Below are positions 27,505-40,325 of a stretch of 64,000 nucleotides of DNA, in pieces. The stretch comes from Macrostomum lignano. Its lineage: Eukaryota. The notes below the pieces were generated by a model, which saw only the letters and a program-made list of their open reading frames with translations, made no database searches and was not told the origin of the DNA. Made by a program: the position numbers and the translations under genes. Location of the stretch: NCBI GenBank assembly GCA_002269645.1, contig NIVC01000570.1:62001-126000 (forward strand). Direction: 5' to 3'. Each line of letters opens with the position of its first letter. The stretch's first letter is position 1.

Positions 27505-28305
27505 CTATTGAGCCATGCCATGGTATCACAGCATTCCCCCTGAGTCATGGCATCTCAGCATTCCTCTATTAAGCCATGTCATCTTATCATTCCCTTACTG
27601 AGTCATGTCATCTCAGCATTTCCCCTGAGTCATCATCTCATCATTCCCCTACTGAGCCATGCCATCTTAGTATTCCCCCTACCCATGGCATCTCAGCAAT
27701 CAGCATTCTCCCTGAGTTGACATCTCAGCATTCCCCTACTGAGCCATGCCATCTCAGCACCCCCTACCCATAGCATCTCAGCACCCCCTACCCATAGCAT
27801 CTCAGCACACCCCTATCCATAGCATCTCAGCACCCCCTACCCATAGCATCTCAGCACACCCCTATCCATAGCATCTCAGCACCCCCTACCCATAGCATCT
27901 CAGCACCCCCTACCCATAGCATCTCAGCACACCCCTATCCATAGCATCTCAGCACCCCCTACCCATAGCATCTCAGCACACCCCTATCCATAGCATCTCA
28001 GCACCCCCTACCCATAGCATCTCAGCATACCCCTATCCATAGCATCTCAGCACCCCCCTACCCATAGCATCTCAGCATTCCCCTATCCATAGCATCTCAG
28101 CACCCCCCTACCCATAGCATCTCAGCATACCCCTATCCATAGCATCTCAGCACCCCCTACCCATAGCATCTCAGCACCCCCCTACCCATAGCATCTCAGC
28201 ATTCCCCTATCCATAGCATCTCAGCACACCCCTATCCATAGCATCTCAGCACCCCCCCCCCTACCCATAGCATCTCAGCATTCCCCCTACCCATGGCATC
28301 TCAGC
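27505..28305. repeat. 24-bp minisatellite (CATAGCATCTCAGCACCCCCTACC) with degenerate 5' units
   Basis: About 22 regular units at 27755-28290, ending ~45 nt before the AP1G1 acceptor. Confidence 0.95.
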
Positions 28306-28350
28306 ATCCTTCTGAGCCATCAAACAAAGACCCGAGTCCATACTTTGCAG

Positions 28351-31300
28351 AGGGGGATAATCGCCCCAACGCCCAAGCGGCTGCGCGATCTGATCCGCGA
28401 GATCCGGTCGGCCCGCACCGCAGCAGAGGAGCGCGCTGTAGTGAACAGGGAATGCGCCCAGATACGGGACAGCTTCCGCGAGGAGGACAACACTTATAGG
28501 TGCAGGAATGTGGCCAAACTGCTGTATATCCACATGCTGGGCTATCCGGCGCACTTTGGCCAGATGGAGTGCCTCAAGCTGGTTGCGTCGCCGAAATTCA
28601 CTGACAAACGAATTGGCTATCTGGGCGCTATGCTGCTATTGGACGAGCGCACCGATGTGCACCTGTTAGTGACTAACTCGGTGAAGAACGATATGAATCA
28701 CGGCACCCAGTACATAGTTAGTCTGGCCCTATCCACCTTGGGCAGCATCTGCAGCGCCGAGATGAGTCGAGATCTTGCGGGCGAAGTGGAACGCTTAGTC
28801 AAGTCTAGCAATGCATATATTAGAAAAAAGGCCACTTTGTGCGCTTTGCGAATTATCCAGAAGATACCGGACCTGATGGAGGTGTACATCCCGTGCGCTA
28901 GGTCGCTGTTGAATGAGAAAAATCACGGTATGTCTTCTGTACTATAGGTATTTTGGTTATTTGCTTGACTGCTTGATTAATATTGAGCAATTCATTTAAT
29001 AAGCAAAGGTAATGTCACTTGATTTAGGAGTGTGTTGATTAGTTGAGGAGCCGCGTGTGTTACATTGGGTGTGACTGAATTTGATTGGTTGAGGAGCCGC
29101 GTGTATACATTGGGTGTGACTGAATTTGATTGGTTGAGGAACCGCGTGTGTACATTTGGTGTGACTGAATTTGATTGGTTGAGGAGCCGCGTGTGTACAT
29201 TGGGTGTGAATGAATTTGATTGGTTGAGAAGCCGCGTGTGTTACATTGGGTGTGACTGAATTTGATTGGTTGAGGAACCGCGTGTGTTACATTGGGTGTG
29301 ACTGAATTTGATTGGTTGAGAAGCAACGTATGTACATTGGGTGTGACTTCAGGAATTTGATTGGTTGAGGAGCCGCGTGTGTTACATTGGGTGTGACTGA
29401 ATTTGATTAGTTGAGAAGCAACGTATATGTACATTGGGTGTGACTGAATTTGATTGGTTGAGAAGCAACGTATGTACATTGGGTGTGACTGAATTTGATT
29501 GGTTGAGAAGCAACGTATGTACATTGGGTGTGACTGAATTTGATTGGTTGAGAAGCAACGTATGTACATTGGGTGTGACTGAATTTGATTGGTTGAGGAG
29601 CCGCGTGTGTTACATTGGGTGTGACTGAATTTGATTAGTTGAGAAGCAACGTATATGTACATTGGGTGTGACTGAATTTGATTGGTTGAGAAGCAACGTA
29701 TCTACATTGGGTGTGACTGAATTTGATTAGTTAATGAGCAGCGGGAAGCAGGAGCTGAGGAGTTGAGGAGCAGCGTGTGGTTTGTGCAGCAAGGTTTGTG
29801 GCTAGCTGTTGAATAATAATGAAGTCATAAATTGTTGCAGGCGTACTGCTCACCGCCGTGTGCCTCATCTCGCAGATGTGCATTCTCAGCGTTGACACAC
29901 TGAACCACTTCAGACGGGTATGCAAAGCTTTTCGATTTTAACTGTCGATCAATATTAGTCTTTGTTATTAAATCAGAGCTCTGTTGTGTCTTAGTTGCAA
30001 ATATTTATACAATATCTAATTATATAATGCATATTTTCTTGCCTGTGGTTACCAGACTTTATTTAGCATTAGCATAGACCTGATATTACAGTTGTACACC
30101 TATCTATCTATCATCTATCTAAATATACTAAATCTATTCTATAGTTCATAGTTCTGTGATTAATAGTGCACATACACCTTGCCTGTGCACTGAAAACAAT
30201 GAATATACACTCAATTCGAAACCTATGAAACAGTGGGAGTTGGTTGCTTGGAAGCACTGGGGCGTAATGCACAATCACCAATAGTATTTTAATTGGTACA
30301 AAAATTAGTTAATATTCACCTTTACCTTGCTAGTGTTGTATGATATTACCCTGAACTTAAAGTCCCTGCATTTAAATTCGACACCAATTTTTGCAGTGCA
30401 ACGATGGCGAGGTAAGCATTTAATTGATAGCAGTATGAATGGCAAGGTGTTAATTTGTAAAAACCAGAGGCACTGTCGCTTTGCGTTTGAACCCTGCAAA
30501 CACTTTGTCCTAAAATTTTATTGTCAATCAATAATATACACTCAGATTACCGATTTTTTTCGGTCGTCGCCTTAGACAACCACCCCAGGATTATCAGTCG
30601 TCCCCGTCAGCCAGCCACCCCAGGATTATCAGTCGTCCCCGTCAGCCAGCCACCCCAGGATTATCAGTCGTCCCCGTCAGCCAGCCACCTCAGGGTTATC
30701 GATTTTCCAGTCGTCCCCGTCAGCCAGCCACCCCGGGTTATCGATTTTCCAGTCGTCCCCGTCAGCCAGCCACCCCATGGTTATCGATTTTCCAGTCGTC
30801 CCCGTCAGCCAGCCACCCCATGGTTATCGATTTTCCAGTCGTCCTCGTCGGCCAGCCACCCCAGGGTTATCGATTTTCCAGTCGTCCCCGTCAGCCAGCC
30901 ACCCCAGGGTTATCGATTTTCCAGTCGTCCCCGTCAGCCAGCCACCCCAGGGTTATCGATTTTCCAGTCGTCCCCGTCAGCCAGCCACCCCAGGGTTATC
31001 GATTTTCCAGTCGTCCCCGTCAGCCAGCCACCCCAGGGTTATCGATTTTCCAATCACCTGCCCATTTTACCCATTTTACGCATTGTTTTGCACGCTCTGG
31101 TTACTGATTTTTTGCCGAAACTGGCCCTTGTTTTTTAATGCAACCCACTTCATTATGTCCATGATCTTATAGGACTGGGGGTTGCAAAGAAGCATTAATA
31201 AATAGGAATTGGTACTCTTAAATCGTTTTAATAATCTTATTTAATATTAGTTTATTTATACACACTCAAGCTATTAAATTTAACTAAAAAGCAACTAAAA

Positions 31301-34300
31301 ACTTATATTGAAAGTTTTTGAGTAATATTTTTATTTGTAAAGCATGCATTTTTGGTAAGAAAATATTAATTTTATTTAGTGTTGTTAGTTTTTGATAAAT
31401 CTAAATACTATTACGTTCACAAAGGTCGATTTTCGTGTTGTGACTCGTTTGAAAATGAAAATCAGAAAAAAAAGATTTTTTATAACTACGAGATATTAAA
31501 AGAAGAATATGCTCAGCTCAGAGCTGCTAGCCAATCACAGCAGGGTGAAGTGGGGCTGTTCAATCTAATTTTCTACCCTCTTGTGATGGCTGTCTTGGGA
31601 TTGAGAGTCACGTTAGCAGCGTATACCACAGAATATTCTGTGGCGTATACTGCTGCGTACAAACCGCTGCGGACTCTGCTTAACCTGCAGTTCTGGCGGC
31701 GCCTATTTTTCATGCGTAAATTTAAAAACGGATTGCTTTTCATAAGTGGATTTCCAACCCTCATTATTTAAGGCACTCAACAATGCAATAAATATTTAAA
31801 TTTTTTACCAACTTTGTTTTTTGTTCAGCTGGTGCCCAACTTGGTGAGAATTCTCAAGAACCTCATCATGTCCGGCTTCTCGCAGGACCACGATGTCAAT
31901 GGCGTTAGCGACCCCTTCCTGCAGGTGAGTGAGGGGTGGGATGGGAGTGAATGCAGGTGAGTGAGGGGTGGGATGGGCGTGAATGCAGGTGAGTGAGGGG
32001 TGGCATGGGACTGAATGCAGGTGAGTGAGGGGTGAGATGGGCGTGAATGCAGGTGAGTGAGGGGTGAGATGGGAGTGAATGCAGGTGAGTGAGGGGTGAG
32101 ATGGGCGTGAATGCAGGTGAGTGAGGGGTGGGATGGGAGTGAATGCAGGTGAGGGGTGGGATGGGCGTGAATGCAGGTGAGTGAGGGGTGGGATGGGAGT
32201 GAATGCAGGTGAGGGGTGGGATGGGCGTGAATGCAGGTGAGTGAGGGGTGGGATGGGCGTGAATGCAGGTGAGTGAGGGGTGGGATGGACGTGAATGCAG
32301 GTGAGTGAGGGGTGGGATGGACGTGAATGCAGGTGAGTGAGGGGTGGGATGGGAATGAATGCAGGTGAGTGAGGGGTGGCATGGGAGTGAATGCAGGTGA
32401 GTGAGAGGTGAGATGGGAGTGAATGCAGGTGAGTGAGGGGTGGGATGGGAGTGAATGCAGGTGAGTGAGGGGTGGGATGGGAGTGAATGCAGGTGAGTGA
32501 GGGGTGAGATGGGAGTGAATGCAGGTGAGTGAGGGGTGGCATGGGAGTGAATGCAGGTGAGTGAGGGTGGGATGGGCGTGAATGCAGGTGAGTGAGGGGT
32601 GAGATGGGAGTGAATGCAGGTGAGTGAGGGGTGGGATGGGAGTGAATGCAGGTGAGTGAGGGGTGGCATGGGAGTGAATGCAGGTGAGTGAGGGGTGAGA
32701 TGGGAGTGAATGCAGGTGAGTGAGGGGTGGCATGGGAGTGAATGCAGGTGAGTGAGGGTGGGATGGGCGTGAATGCAGGTGAGTGAGGGGTGAGATGGGA
32801 GTGAATGCAGGTGAGTGAGGGGTGGGATGGACGTGAATGCAGGTGAGTGAGGGGTGGGATGGACGTGAATGCAGGTGAGTGAGGGGTGGGATGGGAGTGA
32901 ATGCAGGTGAGTGAGGGGTGGCATGGGAGTGAATGCAGGTGAGTGAGAGGTGAGATGGGAGTGAATGCAGGTGAGTGAGGGGTGGGATGGGAGTGAATGC
33001 AGGTGAGGGGTGGGATGGGAGTGAATGCAGGTGAGTGAGGGGTGGGATGGGAGTGAATGCAGGTGAGGGGTGGGATGGGAGTGAATGCAGGTGAGTGAGG
33101 GGTGAGATGGGCGTGAATGCAGGTGAGTGAGGGGTGGGATGGGAGTGAATGCAGGTGAGTGAGGGGTGGCATGGGAGTGAATGCAGGTGAGTGAGGGGTG
33201 AGATGGGAGTGAATGCAGGTGAGTGAGGGGTGGCATGGGAGTGAATGCAGGTGAGTGAGGGGTGGCATGGGAGTGAATGCAGGTGAGTGAGGGGTGAGAT
33301 GGGCGTGAATGCAGGTGAGTGAGGGGTGAGATGGGAGTTAATGCAGGTGAGTGAGGGGTGGGATGGGCGTGAATGCAGGTGAGTGAGGGGTGGGATGGGA
33401 GTGAATGCAGGTGAGGGGTGGGATGGGCGTGAATGCAGGTGAGTGAGGGGTGGCATGGGAGTGAATGCAGGTGAGTGAGAGGTGAGATGGGAGTGAATGC
33501 AGGTGAGTGAGGGGTGGGATGGGAGTGAATGCAGGTGAGTGAGGGGTGGCATGGGAGTGAATGCAGGTGAGTGAGGGGTGAGATGGGAGTGAATGCAGGT
33601 GAGTGAGGGGTGGCATGGGAGTGAATGCAGGTGAGTGAGGGGTGGCATGGGAGTGAATGCAGGTGAGTGAGGGGTGAGATGGGCGTGAATGCAGGTGAGT
33701 GAGGGGTGAGATGGGAGTTAATGCAGGTGAGTGAGGGGTGGGATGGGCGTGAATGCAGGTGAGTGAGGGGTGGGATGGGCGTGAATGCAGGTGAGTGAGG
33801 GGTGGGATGGGAGTGAATGCAGGTGAGGGGTGAGATGGGCGTGAATGCAGGTGAGTGAGGGGTGAGATGGGAGTTAATGCAGGTGAGTGAGGGGTGGGAT
33901 GGGCGTGAATGCAGGTGAGTGAGGGGTGGGATGGGAGTGAATGCAGGTGAGGGGTGGGATGGGCGTGAATGCAGGTGAGTGAGGGGTGGGATGGGCGTGA
34001 ATGCAGGTGAGTGAGGGGTGGGATGGGAGTGAATGCAGGTGAGGGGTGGGATGGGAGTGAATGCAGGTGAGTGAGGGGTGGCATGGGAGTGAATGCAGGT
34101 GAGTGAGAGGTGGGATGGGAGTGAATGCAGGTGAGTGAGGGGTGGCATGGGAGTGAATGCAGGTGAGTGAGAGGTGAGATGGGAGTGAATGCAGGTGAGT
34201 GAGGGGTGGGATGGGAGTGAATGCAGGTGAGTGAGGGGTGGGATGGGAGTGAATGCAGGTGAGTGAGGGTGGGATTGGCGTGAATGCAGGTGAGTGAGGG

Positions 34301-37300
34301 GTGAGATGGGAGTGAATGCAGGTGAGTGAGGGGTGGGATGGGAGTGAATGCAGGTCAGGTGTGGGATAGGGGCAATATGAAAACACCTTTAGATAGTACA
34401 TTAGTTTTAATTAATTCTAGACTACTCCAAACCTGTATGCAGGTAAAGATTCTGCAGCTGCTCCGCATTCTGGGCCACAACGATCAGTCTGCCAGCGAAC
34501 AGATGAACGATATTCTAGCGCAGGTGAGACCAGCTTTATCGTTAGAGTACTAGTAAATGTACTTTTATAACTTAGTTTGCGTTTGAGTTCAAAGTTCTCT
34601 TACAGTTTTTTTTCTTGTTAATTCAATGTTTCCGCGGTTTTCAATATATAGCACCCGTTGCCGTCGCCCTATTGCTGCTTTCAGGTGGCCACCAATACTG
34701 AGACATCGAAAAACGTTGGGCACGCAATTTTATACGAAATTGTTCTGACCATCATGGGCATTGAGTCGGAGTCTGGACTGAGGGTAAACTTTATAATGTA
34801 TATATTAGCTAGCATGCCATAGTTCGATACAGTGTATTCATAGATTTTTTTACATTTTTGCCTAACATGTCTTGTTTAATTTATCTGATAGTTGCCTCTA
34901 ATATTAACACTAATTGCTTCTTTTGTTGTGGTTGGCTGGGGAAAATGCAGAGGAAACTTCTAGAGAAGAGACAGACTGGCAGACGGACGGGACAAAACAT
35001 GAAAGCGCAGATGGATGAAAAGACAGACACAGACGTATAGACAGACAGGCATGTAGGTCAATGAATGTTCAACCTCGCTTCATTTGTGAGCCAGGCGGCG
35101 CAAGTTTGGTATGACATCATCCATTAGTGGCTGTCCATCTGTCTGCTTGTTTTTTCGTTACACTCGCTCTGTTTCGAGTCGTCGGTAACTACATTTTTGG
35201 CCACCGCTTCTGAATTGGGTTGAGATTTCCAAATTACTTGGATAGCCACCCTTACAGAGGCTACAGACAGGTAGACAGACAGACAGACAGGCAGACAGAC
35301 AGGCAGGCATGTAGACAGGTAGACAGACAGACAAACAGAAAGACAGACAGGCAGGCAGGCATGTAGACATGTAGACAGACAGACGGGTATGTAGACAGGT
35401 AGACAGACAGACAGGCAGGCAGGCATGTAGACAGGTAGACAGACAGACGGGTATGTAGACAGGTAGACAGACAGACAGGCAGGCAGGCATGTAGACAGGT
35501 AGACAGACAGACAGACAGGCAGGCAGGCATGTAGACAGGTAGACAGACAGACGGGTATGTAGACAGGTAGACAGACAGACAGGCAGGCAGGCATGTAGAC
35601 AGGTAGACAGACAGACAGACAGACAGGCAGGCAGGCATATAGACAGGTAGACAGACAAACAGACAGATAGACAGACAGACAGACACTAAGGAAAGACAGA
35701 CACTAAGACAGACAGGCAGACAGACAGGCATATAGACAGGTAGGCAGACAGTAGTATAATTATGATGATGCGCTAGCAATTACTAAGACGCCACCTTGTA
35801 TGTAAGGGCTGTGATTCTTTAACGGAAAACTAGCCTATGAATGTACTAATATATTGCCTTCCATATATTGCTTAAAAGGGTCCCTATGCAAGGTAGCTTA
35901 TTTTATTACGTCTCTGGTGCAGATATATCGAAAGATCAACCAAATATAATTCCCAAAAAAGGCGGCCACGCACACCGATTGCCGCTATCACTCGGGCCGG
36001 GCTGTGCTGCACGAGTTAACCCTGACCATAGCGGGACTGGGCAGGGCTGCTGAGCCCGCCCTGAGGGTAACGATTGCCCTAATAATGCTCATAATATCAG
36101 CCAAATAACGTTATCGTTATAGAAATTTGCTTTTTCACATTGTTCCCAAGTTAGAGTTAGTAAAATAGTTTGTTTTTTTAATTGTTTTTTTAAATGAAGT
36201 ATGACGTTAGTCGTTATTTGAGGACCATGATTGTGTCAGTTCCGTTGGGTTGGTACGTCTGTCGAATGGAATGTGAGTGGGACAATGCACTGAGTGACCT
36301 CGGGTTGCTTTCTGAGTGACCTCGGGTTGCTCTCTGAGTGACCTCGGGTTGCTCTCTGGGTGACATCGGGTTGCTCTCTGAGTGACATCGGGTTGCTCTC
36401 TGGGTGATCTGAGCTTGCTCTGAGTGATCTGAGCTTGCTCTGAGTGATCTGAGCTTGCTCTGAGTGATCTGAGCTTGCTCTGAGTGATCTGAGCTTGCTC
36501 TGAGTGATCTGAGCTTGCTCTGAGTGATCTGAGCTTGCTCTGAGTGATCTGAGCTTGCTCTGAGTGATCTGAGCTTGCTCTGAGTGATCTGAGCTTGCTC
36601 TGAGTGATCTGAGCTTGCTCTGAGTGATCTGAGCTTGCTCTGAGTGATCTGAGCTTGCTCTGAGTGATCTGAGCTTGCTCTGAGTGATCTGAGCTTGCTC
36701 TGAGTGATCTGAGCTTGCTCTGAGTGATCTGAGCTTGCTCTGAGTGATCTGAGCTTGCTCTGAGTGATCTGAGCTTGCTCTGAGTGATCTGAGCTTGCTC
36801 TGAGTGATCTGAGCTTGCTCTGAGTGATCTGAGCTTGCTCTGAGTGATCTGAGCTTGCTCTGAGTGATCTGAGCTTGCTCTGAGTGATCTGAGCTTGCTC
36901 TGAGTGATCTGAGCTTGCTCTGACTGAACTGAAGCAAGGGTCAGCAGCCCAGAATTCATAATCAATAATAGGACTCCAATTCACCAACGCCGCTGTGCAG
37001 GTGCTGGCCGTGAACATACTCGGCCGTTTCCTGCTTAACAACGACAAAAACATTCGCTACGTGGCCCTGAGCACGCTTCAACGAGTTGTACACGCCGACT
37101 ACAACGCTGTGCAGCGTCACCGCACCACCATAGTCGACTGTCTGCGCGATCACGACGTCAGCATTCGCCGGCGCGCTATGGAGCTCTGCTTCGTGCTCAT
37201 CAACGCCCAGAACGTGCGCGGCATGGCCAAAGAGATGCTGCAGTTTGTAGCCGACTGCGATGTTGAATTCAAAGCCGATTGCTGCTCAAACTTGGCCATC

Positions 37301-39615
37301 GCGGCCGAACGATTCGCGCCGAACAAGCGCTGGCACGTGGACACGCTGCTCAAGCTGCTGTCTACAGCCGGTAATCACGCCAGGGATGATGTTGTTGTCT
37401 CACTTGTGCAGCTCATCAGCGAGCAGCCCTCCTATCAGGCCTACGCTGTGCACCGCCTGGCTGAGGCCTGCTCCGATGATGCCACTCAGCAGCCGCTAGT
37501 GCAGGTGGCTTGCTGGTGCATCGGCGAATACGGCGACCTGCTCATGGCCGACTGCTGCGCCGACGAGGTGGAGAGCTTCCAGGTATGTGCTGTGGCTAGA
37601 CTAGCCTCCATAGCTCCACCTCTTTCCAATGCGTCTACCTATCTCTTCCCTAGTCTGTCTACCCTACCTTTTTCTCTACCCAAACTGTCTATCATATCTA
37701 CCTCTCTCCTTAAACTGTCCACTGCATCTTACTTCTTTCCCCAGTCTTTATATACGGCCGGCATCTACCTCCCCCCCACCAATCCACCTCTCTCGAATCT
37801 GTCTACCAATTCCGTTTACCTCATGTTCTATTTCTCAAGCTGATTTATAAATATCAATCCGATCATCTCCCTCCCTCTCCAATCCGCGCCCCGCAGGCCC
37901 GCCAGCCAATGGAAGTTGTCCAGCTGCTCGAACGCGCCCTAATATCAGCCGGCAGCCGCCCAGTAACCAAACAGTTCGCCCTCACCGGCCTGATGAAGCT
38001 GTCGGCCAGACTGTCCAACTGTCCGGACGCCGTGGCCCGCGTGCGCAGCCTCACCAGCCGGTACGCGGCCAGCTGCGAGCTGGAATTGCAGCAGCGCTCG
38101 GCCGAATTCTGCGCCATCTTTCAGCATCACGAGAGCCTTCGACCGGCTCTGCTAGAACGAATGCCGGTGATGGAGGGCCGGGCAGAGAGCGGCCGGGATC
38201 TGCCCGATGACATGCAGCAGCCGCAACAGCAGATTAACCAGCCTCAGCCTGAGGCTCAGCATCAGCTAAATCTGATCGATGTCATATCTGACAGCAATCC
38301 GAATCACCAACCGGCTCCTCAGCCAGTTAGCAATCTGTTTGATTCGCTTATTAATCTGGATAATGAGCCAGTTGCGCCTAGCCCTAGCAACGCGCTTAGC
38401 AACGGTAGCGCTACTGTGCCGGCAGCTCAGCATCCGCAGTCGCCGCAGCAGCCGCCGCCGCAGCAGCAGGACAATTCGCTGCCGTCTGTAACAGCCTACG
38501 AGCAGCCGGGCGGCCTGCGTATCACTGTGCAGGGCTCTCGGACACCCGGCTCCACCACGTCTAGCCTCACCTTCCGAACTGTTAATAGCGGCCAGGTCCC
38601 GCTTACTGCCTATCTGCTGCAGGTGGCCGTGCCTAAATCGCTTCAGCTGTCCATTGCTCCAGCCTCGTCTGATTCTGTGCCGCCTAATCAGGCTGAAGCT
38701 GTCACTCAGGTGGCTCAGATCACCAACTCCAACGGGGTGAGTTGCTACAATCCTGCAGGCCTGTCTGACCTTCGATTGGTCTCTGCTACCCTCCTACCCT
38801 TCCTTTGTCTATCTGATTGACCTCTGCTGATCTTCAGTTGACCTCTGCTACCCGCCCTCTTGTCTGTCTGACCTTCAATTGACCTCTGCTACCCGCCCTC
38901 TTGTCTGTCTGACCTTCAATTGACCTCTGCTACCCGCCCTCTTGTCTGTCTGACCTTCAATTGACCTCTGCTACCAGCCCTCTTGTCTGTCTGACCTTCA
39001 ATTGACCTCTGCTACCCGCCCTCTTGTCTGTCTGACCTTCAATTGACCTCTGCTACCCGCCCTCTTGTCTTTCTGACCTTCAATTGACCTCTGCTACCCG
39101 CCCTCTTGTCTGTCTGACCTTCAATTGACCTCTGCTACCCGCCCTCTTGTCTGTCTGACCATCAATTGACCTCTGTAACCAGCCCTCTTGTCTTTCTGAC
39201 CTTCAATTGACCTCTGCTACCCGCCCTCTTGTCTGTCTGACCTTCAACTTACCTCTGTTACCAGCCCTCTTGTCTGTCTGACCTTCAATTGACCTCTGCT
39301 ATCCGCCCTCTTGTCTGTCTGACCTTCAATATACCTCCGCTACCCTCCTGCCAGCCTGCCTGACCTTTAATTGACCCGAACCAATTAATTTTTTATTGTG
39401 GTAAAGCTTACAGTGTCAATAAGCTCGCCACTATGCTATTTACTGCAATCAGACAGTGAGTTAGTAGTTTATCATCGCCTATACAATTATGAATTCGCAT
39501 AACGCAGGCCCAACTGAAGCTACGCCTGCGCATCAGCTATTCAATCAACGGGAAGCCGGTCACCGAGACCAAGGACGTTGCCAATTTTCCGCCAGCCTAC
39601 TGGCAGCGGCAGTAG
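28351..39615 (+). CDS. AP1G1: AP-1 complex subunit gamma-1 (gamma adaptin), ~820 aa; the start codon is on an unidentified upstream exon or leader
   Basis: Exons 28351-28927, 29841-29917, 31829-31924, 34443-34523, 34685-34783, 37001-37582, 37897-38736 and 39508-39615 total 2460 nt in frame. They encode the hallmark [42 protein letters not shown] and ELQQRSAEF motifs plus the C-terminal GAE ear. Confidence 0.96.
29030..29732. repeat. 35-38-bp minisatellite (TACATTGGGTGTGACTGAATTTGATTGGTTGAG...), ~19 units
   Basis: Tandem units of two sub-types (GAGCCGCGTGTG and AAGCAACGTATG). Confidence 0.93.
30580..31055. repeat. 35-bp to 43-bp minisatellite (CAGTCGTCCCCGTCAGCCAGCCACCCCAGGGTTATCGATTTTC)
   Basis: The first units are 35 bp; later units carry an 8-bp insertion. 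Confidence 0.93.
31921..34346 (+). repeat. 32-bp G-rich minisatellite (GCAGGTGAGTGAGGGGTGGGATGGGAGTGAAT), ~75 units, each containing the exon/intron junction sequence
   Basis: The first unit overlaps the true donor CTGCAG|GTGAGT at 31924/31925. The array fills ~2.4 kb of a 2.5-kb intron. Confidence 0.97.
35063..35750 (-). mobile_element. Microsatellite-carrying dispersed element, copy 2 (inverted relative to copy 1)
   Basis: 35063-35270 is the reverse complement of 2885-3075, followed by an AGAC/AGGC/GTAG compound microsatellite. Confidence 0.75.
36292..36925. repeat. 22-bp then 20-bp minisatellite (TCTGAGTGATCTGAGCTTGC), ~26 identical 20-mers
   Basis: Direct inspection; ends ~75 nt before the acceptor at 37000. 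Confidence 0.96.
38765..39365. repeat. 41-bp minisatellite (TGACCTCTGCTACCCGCCCTCTTGTCTGTCTGACCTTCAAT), ~14 units
   Basis: Tandem units in the last AP1G1 intron. Confidence 0.95.
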
Positions 39616-40169
39616 TAGTAGTAGTGTGTGCTGCACGATTAATGCGAAACTATATTATTGAAATACTAACTTTGAATTTGAATTCATTTATTTGAAAACA
39701 ACAACATTTGTGATGCAGTAGCACTAATTCTATCATCCCCGAACCAATTATTTGCACTTTTAACTATTATTTGTATTTGAAATGTGCGGCTTTTGCTACT
39801 TAATCGGGAATAACACGCGCATCAGTAGGATAGTTTGTGCGTTTTCCTGTTTTTTTTCTTTATTTCTTGAAATTTCTATGCAAAAAAGTTAAACGCCCTT
39901 CGCCTTCGGTAATAGCGCGCTAACTCGTTCATCGTTCAGTATAAAAAACTCTGTGACACACTGTTTGAAAAATCACATTCCACCTGCTCAGTAACAGATA
40001 TGTTGATTAGCATTGATTTTTGCAGAACTGTTGGGGACTTGTTTAAATACACAGATGCTAGAATGACTAGATGGGCCACTAGGCTTATTTTCGTGTAAGC
40101 TAAAACTCATCCTATAGAGGCAGGCCAAATCTAGCTCAGCCAATGAGAGTGCAGCAAGGATAGAGGTTA

Positions 40170-40325
40170 GGCTCATTTATTGGCTCTACCCCGCAGCCCT
40201 AGCTTAACCCTCAAACTGTGTCTTTCTACAAAACCTGCCCCCGCCCCGCCGCCCAATTTTATTGCCTACCCCAATTTCAGCCTAAAGCTGCCATGTACAT
40301 GTCAGTGGCGAATGTACATTATGGC
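40170..40325 (-). repeat. Motif-block dispersed repeat, copy B
   Basis: The minus strand reads AATGTACATT...ATGTACATGGCAGC...GGCAATAAAA...GAGCCAAT. Confidence 0.55.

Noticed and set aside
31805-34401. Very long minus-strand ORFs (up to 747 aa, PPLTHLHS repeats)
   Set aside because: They are stop-free translations of the 32-bp minisatellite, antisense to an AP1G1 intron.
36207-37053. [20 protein letters not shown]-repeat ORFs, and similar ORFs at 89-944, 2392-2965, 8560-9469, 29060-29662, 35124-35779 and 45124-45803
   Set aside because: All are tandem-repeat translations without splice or homology support.
39613-39624. Four consecutive TAG codons ending AP1G1
   Set aside because: Most simply a short (TAG)n slippage run; there is no evidence of function.
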